The position numbers were made by a program, and so were the translations under genes. A stretch of 64,000 bases of DNA from an uncultured Clostridia bacterium (GTDB taxonomy: Bacteria > Bacillota > Clostridia > UBA1381), in NCBI GenBank assembly GCA_934486495.1, contig CAKSPW010000003.1:2050-66049 (forward strand), in the 5' to 3' direction. The notes beneath the pieces are model-generated. The model saw nothing but the letters and a program-made list of their open reading frames with translations, ran no database searches and was not told the DNA's origin. Positions 37,481 through 46,230 of the stretch are shown one piece after another (position 1 is the first letter of the stretch; every line of letters starts with the position of its first letter).

Positions 37481-38180
37481 TTTCTCCGCTCCTTAGCAAT
37501 ATCGGCGAAAATTCAAGGTAGTCCGCCGATGAAAGAATGTATTCAACACCGTCCGTTTCGCCCTCAAACGCCGTTTTGTGCGACGCTCCGTGAAGATGGC
37601 CGTATATGCATTTTTTTACGCCGTATTCCTTAAGTATCTCGTGGAAGCGTGTGCGCTGTGTTTGGCAGGTGACGGGCGGATAATGGGTAAATACATATAT
37701 ATCCTCGCAGTCGGTTTGCTTTGCGCTTTCTATCGACAGCCTGAGCCTGATAAGCTCACGCTCGTATATTTTTTTGTCGTCGGGTGCGGATATGTCAAGT
37801 GACCAGCCGCGTGTACCGCATATTGCAATGTTTTCCGCAGTAAAAACGTTGTTTTGAAGAAAAAACACATCCGAAAATCCGTGTTTTTTTGTAAATTCGC
37901 AAAGCTTGTTTAGTGTTGACCACCAATAATCGTGATTTCCCTTTAACAGTATTTTTCTGCCGTTTAAGCTGTGCAGAAATTCAAAGTCCTTATACGATTC
38001 GTCAAGATATGTTGCCCATGAGAAGTCGCCGCCGAGAACAACCGTATCCTCGGGTTTGACCGCTGCCTGCCAATTTTCATATATTCTTTCTACATAGTTA
38101 TCCCAGCTTTTGCCGAATATATCCATAGGCTTATCTATGCCCAGCGGCAAATGAAGGTCGGATATTGTGTAAAGTGACAT
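37473..38180 (-). CDS. Calcineurin-like metallophosphoesterase
   Basis: Motifs ISDLHLP, GGDFSW, GNHDYWW and GHLHG. Confidence 0.8.
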   Translation of the reverse strand: MSLYTISDLHLPLGIDKPMDIFGKSWDNYVERIYENWQAAVKPEDTVVLGGDFSWATYLDESYKDFEFLHSLNGRKILLKGNHDYWWSTLNKLCEFTKKHGFSDVFFLQNNVFTAENIAICGTRGWSLDISAPDDKKIYERELIRLRLSIESAKQTDCEDIYVFTHYPPVTCQTQRTRFHEILKEYGVKKCIYGHLHGASHKTAFEGETDGVEYILSSADYLEFSPILLRSGENE

Positions 38181-38185
38181 ATATT

Positions 38186-39067
38186 CTACTCCTTTTCGGC
38201 CGATATGAAATTCAAAAATCCCTCGGCTATGCCCTCTGCTATTTTTTGTTGATACTCATCGCTTTTTAGTTTTTCGTATTCTTCCTTGTTTGATACAAAT
38301 CCGCATTCGACAAGTACGGACGGTACTTTTGACCAATTAAAGCCTGTCAGGTCGCCTCTTACCGAAATGCCGTTATTTTTAGCTCCCGTAACGGACGTTA
38401 CTGATCCCAGGATTGCCTCGCCGAGCTCACGGCTTGACGATACGAACGAGCTGTCGCCGTAATAGCTCTTTTCGGGCACAAGCACGGAGATACCGTTTTG
38501 CGACTCTGAATTACTGCCGTCACAATGTATTCTTATTGAGTAATCACTTGCGTTTGCCTGCTCGGCACGCTCTATATTGCTTTTGTCACATTCGTTTTTT
38601 TCTCGTGTCATATCGACTTTTATGCCGTATTGCTCAAGTATTGTCTTTAACTTTTTGGATATTTCAAGATTTATCGGCTCTTCGCCTGCCGCACCGCTTA
38701 CATTTGTTGCTTTGCTTTCGGATGAGTCGGGGCTTACAGGCTCCTTGCCGCTTCTGCTTGTTATCCCGTGACCTGCGTCTATGCATACGCTTATATCGGT
38801 CGTGTTCGGAATAAGCTGTGTTTTGCCATCGTTTATTATACTGCCCGAGTCAAACCTGCTTATACGGGGATTCTTTTCGATTCGCATACTGTCGAGCTTG
38901 TTTTTTTCGGATTTCAGTTTTTCGTTTGCAGCTGTGTACTCCTGCTTTTTTTCGGAAAATACAGCTTCGGCCGCTTTGTTTTCCTTTGATGCTTCATAAG
39001 TAAATATGCCTGCGATTGCGTTTGCCGAAATTAATGCTGTAAGAATTATCACATAAACTCTGTTCAT
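38186..39067 (-). CDS. N-acetylmuramoyl-L-alanine amidase (Amidase_3) with N-terminal TM anchor
   Basis: Motifs CIDAGHG, IRIHCDGS and LVECGFVSN. Confidence 0.8.
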   Translation of the reverse strand: MNRVYVIILTALISANAIAGIFTYEASKENKAAEAVFSEKKQEYTAANEKLKSEKNKLDSMRIEKNPRISRFDSGSIINDGKTQLIPNTTDISVCIDAGHGITSRSGKEPVSPDSSESKATNVSGAAGEEPINLEISKKLKTILEQYGIKVDMTREKNECDKSNIERAEQANASDYSIRIHCDGSNSESQNGISVLVPEKSYYGDSSFVSSSRELGEAILGSVTSVTGAKNNGISVRGDLTGFNWSKVPSVLVECGFVSNKEEYEKLKSDEYQQKIAEGIAEGFLNFISAEKE

Positions 39068-39967
39068 TTATTTTTCCTTCTTTGTAAATTTTATTTGTGC
39101 AAGTACAGCCGCCGAAAACATCAGACAACAGCCGATAACTTCTCTGCTTGTCAGCTTTTGACCGAGAACGACATATCCTCCGACAGCGGCAAATACGGAT
39201 TCAAGGCTCAAAAGCAGAGAAAGCACGGTTGGATTTGCACCCTTTGTTGCAATAATCTGAAGTGTGTATGCAACTCCGCTTGAAAAAATACCTACATATA
39301 ATATCGGCAGCATACAAGACATTATTGCCGATATTTCGATTGTTTCAAACAAAACGGCACCTATTGCCGACAATACCGATACGGTTATAAATTGTATAAG
39401 CGAAAGAAGTATACCGTCAACGCTGTCGGAAAATCTGTCAATAACCAAAATATGCAGAGAAAAAAGAACAGCGCACAAAACAACAATCGCATCACCTTTT
39501 GCAAGCGTAAATTCTTCGGTAATACTCAGAAAATATAATCCGATAACCGCTATCGCAACGCTTATCCAAACGTTCACGGGACACTTTTTCTTTAAAAATA
39601 TGCCGAAAACAGGCACAAATATTATGTAAAGCGTTGTTATAAATCCTGCTTTTGCTACGGTTGTGTACATTATGCCGAGCTGCTGTATATTTGTTGCCGC
39701 ACACAGAAATACACCGCAGAGCACACCGCCCGTTACAGCTGTTTTTACATCTGTTTTTTTAAATCCGTCCGCATACATTTTCTTTTTCGTTTTTCTCGAT
39801 ATTGCGTATACAACCGCAAGAAAGCATGCGGCAATTATGGACCTTAGCGCAGTAAAGGTCATGGGGCTTATCTTGTCACTGCATTTGCTTTGGGCAACGA
39901 ACGCCATTCCCCATATAAACGCCGCAATAACAGGTAGTACGTTATGTCTTACAAATTGTTTTTTCAT
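39068..39967 (-). CDS. EamA/DMT-family transporter
   Basis: 299 aa, about 10 TM helices, two EamA halves. Confidence 0.8.
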   Translation of the reverse strand: MKKQFVRHNVLPVIAAFIWGMAFVAQSKCSDKISPMTFTALRSIIAACFLAVVYAISRKTKKKMYADGFKKTDVKTAVTGGVLCGVFLCAATNIQQLGIMYTTVAKAGFITTLYIIFVPVFGIFLKKKCPVNVWISVAIAVIGLYFLSITEEFTLAKGDAIVVLCAVLFSLHILVIDRFSDSVDGILLSLIQFITVSVLSAIGAVLFETIEISAIMSCMLPILYVGIFSSGVAYTLQIIATKGANPTVLSLLLSLESVFAAVGGYVVLGQKLTSREVIGCCLMFSAAVLAQIKFTKKEK

Positions 39968-39997
39968 TTAATTTACCGCCTTTTATGTATTTTGTTG

Positions 39998-40026
39998 TTG
40001 ACAATCTATCCTTTTTGTGTTATACT
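39998..40026 (+). promoter_or_regulatory. Sigma-A promoter (TTGACA-17-TATACT) of queT
   Basis: Hexamers at 39998..40003 and 40021..40026. Confidence 0.6.
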
Positions 40027-40032
40027 TTTATT

Positions 40033-40075
40033 CGTGAGTTCGAGACCTTCCTCACATAAAACAAAACTAAAGGAG
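40033..40075 (+). promoter_or_regulatory. preQ1-I riboswitch
   Basis: CGTGAG-TTCGAGACCTTC-CTCACATAAAACAAAACTAAAGGAG gives a short P1 stem, a C-containing loop, an A-rich tail and ACTAAAGG overlapping the RBS. It lies directly upstream of a QueT-family gene. Confidence 0.7.
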
Positions 40076-40086
40076 TTAATTTAATC

Positions 40087-40566
40087 ATGAAAAAAAGTCA
40101 ATATGTCACTCAAAGTGCGTTGATTGCGGCATTGTATGTTGTTCTTACATACGTCGCAAACATCTTCGGTCTTGCAAGCGGTGCCGTACAGCTTCGTCTT
40201 TCCGAGGCGCTTACGGTTTTGCCGTATTTTACGCCTGCCGCCGTACCCGGTCTTTTTGTAGGGTGCGTGCTTGCCAATCTTTTTACGGGCGGAGCGCTGT
40301 TTGATATTATATTCGGCAGTATAGCTACGCTTCTCGGTGCTGTGTTTACACGCCTGCTGAGAAAATACAAATATCTGTCTCCGGTGCCGCCGATAGTGTT
40401 TAACACCTTAATCGTGCCGCCTATTTTGATGTTTGTTTACAAGGCTCCGGGAACATATCTTTACTTTACCGCAACGGTTTTTGCCGGTGAGGTTTTATCC
40501 TGCGGAGTTCTCGGTATCATTGTTCTTAAATTTCTCGAGAAAACAAAACGGTTTAATATAGGATAA
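40087..40566 (+). CDS. queT: Queuosine-precursor transporter QueT (ECF S-component-like)
   Basis: 159 aa, 5 TM helices, N-terminus ...TQSALIAALYVVLTY...LSEALTVLPYFTPAAVPGLFVGC typical of QueT. Confidence 0.8.
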   Translation: MKKSQYVTQSALIAALYVVLTYVANIFGLASGAVQLRLSEALTVLPYFTPAAVPGLFVGCVLANLFTGGALFDIIFGSIATLLGAVFTRLLRKYKYLSPVPPIVFNTLIVPPILMFVYKAPGTYLYFTATVFAGEVLSCGVLGIIVLKFLEKTKRFNIG

Positions 40567-40926
40567 AACGATATATAATAATATATCATATATTCGACGT
40601 TAAATCAAGGGTTTTGAAAAATTTTTGTGTTACTTTTATACAGTATCGGTGCGGATACGGCATAATTATATAAAATTTGCGGGTTTGATTAATTCAGGTA
40701 TGCACATCGGAATGACAGTCGGCAAAATTGGGAAATGCTTTGAATAAAAGCTTTTGTCTTATGCAAATTAAGGCAACTTTCGGTTATTTGCCGCCATGTC
40801 TGTCCTGAAGGTCCGTCGCAGCATACGGATAAGTTTAAATTGTTATCCTTGCAAAATAAAAAGTATCGGGATAGGGTTTTGATCCGGCTTCCCGATTTCA
40901 AAGCGTTTTGACCGTCCGAACGAATG

Positions 40927-40970
40927 GAGGCTGTTTAAAAAGTCGATAGACTTTTTAGGCAGCCTCTTTT
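40927..40970 (+). terminator. Palindromic hairpin GGAGGCTGTTTAAAAAGTC-GATA-GACTTTTTAGGCAGCCTC followed by TTTT
   Basis: Seen in sequence. No annotated upstream + strand gene lies within 360 nt. Confidence 0.5.
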
Positions 40971-41058
40971 AAAACAGAGTAAAATGTACAAATTTTCACG
41001 CAAAGCACGGTATATTTAAGTTATTTTGTTAACAAATTATAAATTGTAAAAAATACTC

Positions 41059-41087
41059 TTGACAAATCGTCGTAATAGTGGTATTTT
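41059..41087 (+). promoter_or_regulatory. hrcA operon promoter (TTGACA-17-TATTTT)
   Basis: -35 at 41059..41064 with a weaker -10. It lies immediately upstream of CIRCE. Confidence 0.5.
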
Positions 41088-41101
41088 AATAATGTAATCG
41101 G

Positions 41102-41128
41102 TTAGCACTCAACAAACAAGAGTGCTAA
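41102..41128 (+). promoter_or_regulatory. CIRCE operator (HrcA binding site)
   Basis: Perfect TTAGCACTC-N9-GAGTGCTAA. Confidence 0.95.
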
Positions 41129-41155
41129 CAAAGTAAAATCAAAGAGGGTGACAGT

Positions 41156-42205
41156 ATGGAATTGAATGACAGAAAGCGCAGGATTTTGCAGGCTGTCATT
41201 GATGAGTATATAGGTACAGCGGAGCCGGTCGGTTCAAGAGCCGTTTCAAAGGTTAAGAACCTGGGGCTTTCAAGTGCGACAATCAGAAACGAGATGGCAG
41301 ACCTTGAGGATATGGGTTATCTTGTTCAGCCGCATACCTCGGCAGGACGAATACCGTCGGACGCCGGTTACAGATTTTACGTAAACTCGCTTATGTCACG
41401 GTATCGCTTGGGCATGGAGGCAATTGAAAATTTGCATCTGGAGCTTGAGCGCAGAGTAAATCAGCTCGATAAAATGATTAAAAAGGCGGGCGCAGTTACG
41501 GCTGCACTTACCGATTACACGACGTTTGTTACGTCGCCGAATCAAGATGCGGCAAAAATAAAAAAGCTTGATGTCGTTGATTTGGGTGATAATCGTTCGC
41601 TTCTTATATTAGTAACAAGCGATGGTATTGTAAGAAACAGAATGCTTAATCTGTCGCTCGGTGCGGAGGACTCGGCAAGACTCGGATATATTTTGAGCAA
41701 AAAGCTTTCGGGACTTTCAAACGATGAGATAGATTTTGAAAAAATCAAGGAAATTGAAAGCATGGTTTCTTCAAATATGACAATAAGTCCGAAAGTGCTT
41801 GTAAATATTTTGAACTTTGTTTACGACGCAATCGGAGATTTGTCAAATCAGGAGATTTATATTGACAATGCACAGTCAATACTCCGATTCCCCGAATACA
41901 GAGATGTGGACAAGGCAAGAGAGATTTTCGGATTCCTTGAAAATAAGGACAATCTCAAAAAGCTTGTCAGCTCAAAGCAGGACGACAAGGATATTCACGT
42001 TACGATAGGCAATGAGAATATTCCCGATGAGCTTAAGGATTGCAGTTTGGTTACGGTAAATTATTTACTTGACAACAAATCGGTCGGCAAAATCGGAGTA
42101 ATAGGGCCAAAAAGAATGGACTATGCAAAGGTTTTTGCAAGCCTTGATTTGATATCCACTCATATTGATAAAATACTTAATATGTATCATGACAGTTCAC
42201 AGTAG
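41156..42205 (+). CDS. hrcA: Heat-inducible transcription repressor HrcA
   Basis: N-terminus MELNDRKRRILQAVIDEYIGTAEPVGSR, plus operon context. Confidence 0.95.
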   Translation: MELNDRKRRILQAVIDEYIGTAEPVGSRAVSKVKNLGLSSATIRNEMADLEDMGYLVQPHTSAGRIPSDAGYRFYVNSLMSRYRLGMEAIENLHLELERRVNQLDKMIKKAGAVTAALTDYTTFVTSPNQDAAKIKKLDVVDLGDNRSLLILVTSDGIVRNRMLNLSLGAEDSARLGYILSKKLSGLSNDEIDFEKIKEIESMVSSNMTISPKVLVNILNFVYDAIGDLSNQEIYIDNAQSILRFPEYRDVDKAREIFGFLENKDNLKKLVSSKQDDKDIHVTIGNENIPDELKDCSLVTVNYLLDNKSVGKIGVIGPKRMDYAKVFASLDLISTHIDKILNMYHDSSQ

Positions 42206-42219
42206 AAAGGAGTTTATTC

Positions 42220-42765
42220 ATGGCTGAAAAGGAAAACGAAGAAATTCTTGAAGAAGTTGAAACTGATACTCCGGCGGAAGAAATTCCCGAGGAGAGCGCA
42301 GCTTCCGGAGTTGAGGACAAAATAACGGCAGCGGAGGATAAGGCAAAGGCTGCCGAGGATAAATATCTCAGGCTTTATGCCGAGTTTGACAATTATAAAA
42401 AACGTACTCAGCGCGAGAAGGATGCGCGTTACGCCGATGCCGTAATTGATACGGTGGGTGAGCTTTTAAGCGTTGCCGATAATTTGGAAAGGGCGCTTGC
42501 CGTTGAAATCAGCGGTGAGGAGGCAGAAAAGCTTGCAGAGGGCGTTAAAATGGTTTACAAACAGCTCAAGGATATTTTCTCAAAGCTCGGAGTTACCGAG
42601 ATAAAAGCTCTCGGAGAGCAGTTTGACCCCAATCTTCACGAGGCGGTAATGCACGTCGAAGATGAAACGGTTGACGACAATACGGTTGTGGAGGAGTTCA
42701 GAAAGGGCTACATCTACAACGATTCAAGAGTTGTAAGACACTCTATGGTTAAGGTTGCAAATTAA
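42220..42765 (+). CDS. grpE: Nucleotide exchange factor GrpE
   Basis: [18 protein letters not shown] and FDPNLHEAV motifs. Confidence 0.95.
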   Translation: MAEKENEEILEEVETDTPAEEIPEESAASGVEDKITAAEDKAKAAEDKYLRLYAEFDNYKKRTQREKDARYADAVIDTVGELLSVADNLERALAVEISGEEAEKLAEGVKMVYKQLKDIFSKLGVTEIKALGEQFDPNLHEAVMHVEDETVDDNTVVEEFRKGYIYNDSRVVRHSMVKVAN

Positions 42766-42782
42766 GAAAGGAAGTAATTATC

Positions 42783-44633
42783 ATGGGAAAAATTATAGGT
42801 ATTGACCTCGGTACAACAAATTCATGCGTTGCGGTTATGGAAGGCGGTAATCCTACCGTTATTACAAACTCGGAGGGCGCAAGAACAACACCGTCTGTTG
42901 TTGCATTTCAAAAAGACGGAGAGAGAATTGTAGGACAGGTTGCAAAAAGACAGGCTGTAACAAATGCCGACCGTACAATCATTTCAATAAAAAGACACAT
43001 GGGTACGGATTTTAAAGTAAATATTGATTCAAAATCATATACACCGCAGGAAATTTCGGCAATGATATTGACAAAGCTCAAAAACGATGCCGAAGCATAT
43101 CTCGGTGAAAAGGTAACACAGGCGGTTATTACCGTTCCGGCTTATTTTAACGATTCACAGCGTCAGGCTACAAAGGATGCTGGTAAGATTGCAGGTCTTG
43201 ATGTTCTCCGTATAATCAACGAGCCGACAGCAGCTGCACTTGCTTACGGTATGAGCGATAAGGATCAGACAATTCTCGTATACGACCTCGGCGGTGGTAC
43301 ATTCGATGTATCTATCCTTGAAATCGGTGACGGTGTGTTTGAAGTTCTTTCGACAAACGGTGATACTCATCTCGGCGGTGACGATTTTGACCAGAGAATT
43401 ATCGATTACCTCGTAGCTGAATTTAAAAAGAGCGACGGAATTGACCTCTCGGGTGATAAGGTTGCAATGCAAAGACTTAAGGAAGCTGCCGAAAAGTCCA
43501 AGATTGAGCTTTCAACGACAACAACTTCAAATATCAATCTTCCGTTTATTACGGCAGACCAGACAGGTCCGAAGCATATGGACATCACTCTTACAAAGGC
43601 TAAGTTTGATGAGCTTACAAGCGATCTTGTTGAAAAGACAATTACTTGCATAAGAAATGCTATGCGTGACGCATCTGTAAGCGCAAGCGATATAAATGAA
43701 GTTCTTCTTGTCGGCGGTTCATCACGTATTCCTGCTGTTCAGGAAGCTGTAAAGAAGGAAATGGGCAAAGAGCCGCATAAGGGAATTAACCCGGATGAGT
43801 GCGTTGCTGTCGGTGCCGCAAGGCAGGCTGCCGTTCTCGGCGGTGAGGAAACAGGTGTTCTTCTTCTTGACGTAACTCCGCTTTCACTCGGTATTGAAAC
43901 AATGGGCGGCGTATTTACAAAGCTTATCGAAAGAAATACAACTATTCCGACAAGTAAGTCGCAGGTGTTCTCAACAGCGGCAGACGGTCAGACAAGCGTT
44001 GAAGTTCACGTACTCCAGGGTGAGCGTGAAATGGCTCAGTACAATAAGACGCTCGGCAGATTTAACCTCACAGGCATAGCTCCGGCTCCGAGAGGTGTAC
44101 CGCAGATTGAAGTAACGTTTGATATAGATGCAAACGGTATCGTTAAGGTATCGGCTAAGGACCTCGGAACAGGCAATGAGCAGAATATTACTATTACTGC
44201 ATCTTCAAATCTTTCAGATGAGGATATTGACAGAGCCGTTGCAGAGGCTGAAAAATATGCTGAAGAGGATAAGAAGCGTAAGGAAGAGGTTGAAATCAGA
44301 AACAATGCCGAAACTCTTGTTTATCAGTCCGAAAAGACACTCGGCGAGATAGGCGATAAGGTTGACGCAAGCGAGATTGACGGCGTTAAGGCTGAAGTTG
44401 AAAAGGTTAAGGAAGCTCTTAAGGGCACAGACAGTGCAGCTATAAAGGCGGCTTCAGAATCGCTTTCACAGAAGTTCTATGCACTTTCGGAAAAGCTTTA
44501 CAGTCAGGCAAATCCGCAGGGCGCAGCAGGACAGCAGGCAGATCCGCAGCAGCAGGCTCAAGGCGGCAATGCTGACAACGGAAATGTTTACGAGGCTGAT
44601 TACAGAGAGGTTGACGACAACAATCAGCAATAA
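42783..44633 (+). CDS. dnaK: Chaperone DnaK (Hsp70)
   Basis: [13 protein letters not shown] and [10 protein letters not shown] motifs. Confidence 0.98.
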   Translation: MGKIIGIDLGTTNSCVAVMEGGNPTVITNSEGARTTPSVVAFQKDGERIVGQVAKRQAVTNADRTIISIKRHMGTDFKVNIDSKSYTPQEISAMILTKLKNDAEAYLGEKVTQAVITVPAYFNDSQRQATKDAGKIAGLDVLRIINEPTAAALAYGMSDKDQTILVYDLGGGTFDVSILEIGDGVFEVLSTNGDTHLGGDDFDQRIIDYLVAEFKKSDGIDLSGDKVAMQRLKEAAEKSKIELSTTTTSNINLPFITADQTGPKHMDITLTKAKFDELTSDLVEKTITCIRNAMRDASVSASDINEVLLVGGSSRIPAVQEAVKKEMGKEPHKGINPDECVAVGAARQAAVLGGEETGVLLLDVTPLSLGIETMGGVFTKLIERNTTIPTSKSQVFSTAADGQTSVEVHVLQGEREMAQYNKTLGRFNLTGIAPAPRGVPQIEVTFDIDANGIVKVSAKDLGTGNEQNITITASSNLSDEDIDRAVAEAEKYAEEDKKRKEEVEIRNNAETLVYQSEKTLGEIGDKVDASEIDGVKAEVEKVKEALKGTDSAAIKAASESLSQKFYALSEKLYSQANPQGAAGQQADPQQQAQGGNADNGNVYEADYREVDDNNQQ

Positions 44634-44713
44634 AATATATCGGGGGTGTTGCACAGCGACATCCCTTTGGATATTTTCTCAAGCTATGAAATCAGAATTG
44701 GAGATAGTTATCA

Positions 44714-45841
44714 ATGGCAGATAAACGAGATTATTATGAAGTCCTCGGCGTGAGCAAGAGTGCGACCGACGACCAGCTGAAAAAAGCATACCGCAAGGAA
44801 GCTAAAAAATATCATCCCGACCTCCATCCGAACGATAAGGAGGCAGAGGAAAAGTTTAAGGAAGTAAATGAAGCATACGCTGTTTTGAGCGATTCCGAGA
44901 AGCGTGCACGCTACGATCAGTACGGTCATGCGGGCGTTGACCCGAACTTCGGCGCAGGCGGCGGTGCCGGTGGCTTCGGCGGCTTTGACTTCGGTGATAT
45001 TTTCGGCGACATCTTCGGCGGAGGTTTCGGCGGCTTCGGCGGTCAGTCAAGGAGAAACGGACCAAGACGCGGAAACGATGTCAGACAGGTCATTGACATA
45101 ACGTTTGAAGAAGCGGCGTTCGGTGTTAAAAAGAAGCTGAACGTAACAAAGATGGAAAGCTGTCATACGTGCGGAGGCAGCGGCGCAAAGCCGGGTACAT
45201 CGCCTGTTACTTGCCCCGACTGTCACGGTACGGGTCAGGTGAAAACGCAGGTTCGTACACCGCTCGGATATATGACGAATATCGGTACGTGTTCAAAATG
45301 TCACGGTACGGGTAAGATTATAAAAGACCCGTGTCATGATTGCAGAGGTACGGGTAAACTTCGCAAAAACTCCGTAATAGAGATTGATATTCCGGCAGGA
45401 ATAGATCACGGTCAGACAATTCAAATAAGCGGTAAGGGTGAACCGGGTGAAAACGGCGGTCCGTGCGGAGATTTGCTTGTTACGATAAGGATAAAATCGC
45501 ATAAGCTGTTTAGAAGAGACGGCTATAATGTATTTATAGATATGCCGATAAGCTTCGTACAGGCGGCGCTTGGTGCAACCGTTAAGGTTCCCACGCTCGA
45601 CGGTGCGGTTGAATACGATATCCCGGAAGGAACGCAAAGCGAAACCGTGTTTAAGCTTAGAGGAAAGGGTATTCCCTTCATTCGCAGCAGAGGCCGCGGC
45701 GACCAGTTTGTAAAGGTTATTGTTGAAGTTCCTAAAAATCTTACGCAAAACCAAAAGGAATTGCTCCGTGAGTTTGATAAGGACACAAATTATAAACAGA
45801 AAAAATCATTTGCGGAAAAAGCAAAAGAGTTTTTTAAATAA
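44714..45841 (+). CDS. dnaJ: Co-chaperone DnaJ
   Basis: J-domain with HPD, a G/F-rich region and four CxxCxGxG zinc-finger repeats. Confidence 0.98.
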   Translation: MADKRDYYEVLGVSKSATDDQLKKAYRKEAKKYHPDLHPNDKEAEEKFKEVNEAYAVLSDSEKRARYDQYGHAGVDPNFGAGGGAGGFGGFDFGDIFGDIFGGGFGGFGGQSRRNGPRRGNDVRQVIDITFEEAAFGVKKKLNVTKMESCHTCGGSGAKPGTSPVTCPDCHGTGQVKTQVRTPLGYMTNIGTCSKCHGTGKIIKDPCHDCRGTGKLRKNSVIEIDIPAGIDHGQTIQISGKGEPGENGGPCGDLLVTIRIKSHKLFRRDGYNVFIDMPISFVQAALGATVKVPTLDGAVEYDIPEGTQSETVFKLRGKGIPFIRSRGRGDQFVKVIVEVPKNLTQNQKELLREFDKDTNYKQKKSFAEKAKEFFK

Positions 45842-46002
45842 AAAATGCGCAGGCTTGGCAGTCTGCGCATTTTAAGGATTAAACCCACAAAAATTATAGT
45901 TAAAATTACCTTTGACAAAATAAAAAATATGTGCTATAATCTTATTATACAGTGTGTAACCTGAAAGGTGTAAGTCCGACTCGGTTACGCACTGTTTTTT
46001 TT
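45839..46002 (+). repeat. Direct repeat copy A (164 bp): dnaJ terminator + consensus promoter + leader hairpin/terminator
   Basis: Matches 47882..48044 with 3 substitutions and a 1-nt indel. It contains TTGACA (45912..45917)-17-TATAAT (45935..45940) and the hairpin CAGTGTGTAACC...GGTTACGCACTG + T8 (45950..46002). Confidence 0.95.
45845..45873 (+). terminator. dnaJ terminator hairpin
   Basis: ATGCGCAG-N10-CTGCGCAT followed by TTT. Confidence 0.6.
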
Positions 46003-46037
46003 GTATAAGTTTTGCAAGTTCGACTGTAATCTAACTT

Positions 46038-46063
46038 AAAAGGCGGCGTAAAAACCGCCGCCC
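46038..46063 (-). terminator. Rho-independent terminator of the minus-strand cassette
   Basis: The minus strand reads GGGCGGCGG-TTTTTA-CGCCGCC-TTTT, 12 nt after the 51-aa ORF stop. Confidence 0.75.
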
Positions 46064-46074
46064 TATTTATAAAA

Positions 46075-46230
46075 TTATTTAAGAAGGTTATAATCTGTTG
46101 AATCAAGCTGCTCCGCTCCGTCAAACGATTTTGGTAATTGGTTTGTTACCAATCCGCCGCTCGTCTGAATTATATCTTCAACATCAAATTTAATATTTTT
46201 AATTTTAGGTGTTCTGTATTCTTTTTTCAT
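46075..46230 (-). CDS. Unannotated small ORF, 51 aa (below the ORF-track cutoff)
   Basis: Own translation: MKKEYRTPKIKNIKFDVEDIIQTSGGLVTNQLPKSFDGAEQLDSTDYNLLK. The ATG overlaps the upstream TAA (TAATG), GGAGGTG lies 7 nt upstream, and a terminator follows. Confidence 0.55.
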   Translation of the reverse strand: MKKEYRTPKIKNIKFDVEDIIQTSGGLVTNQLPKSFDGAEQLDSTDYNLLK

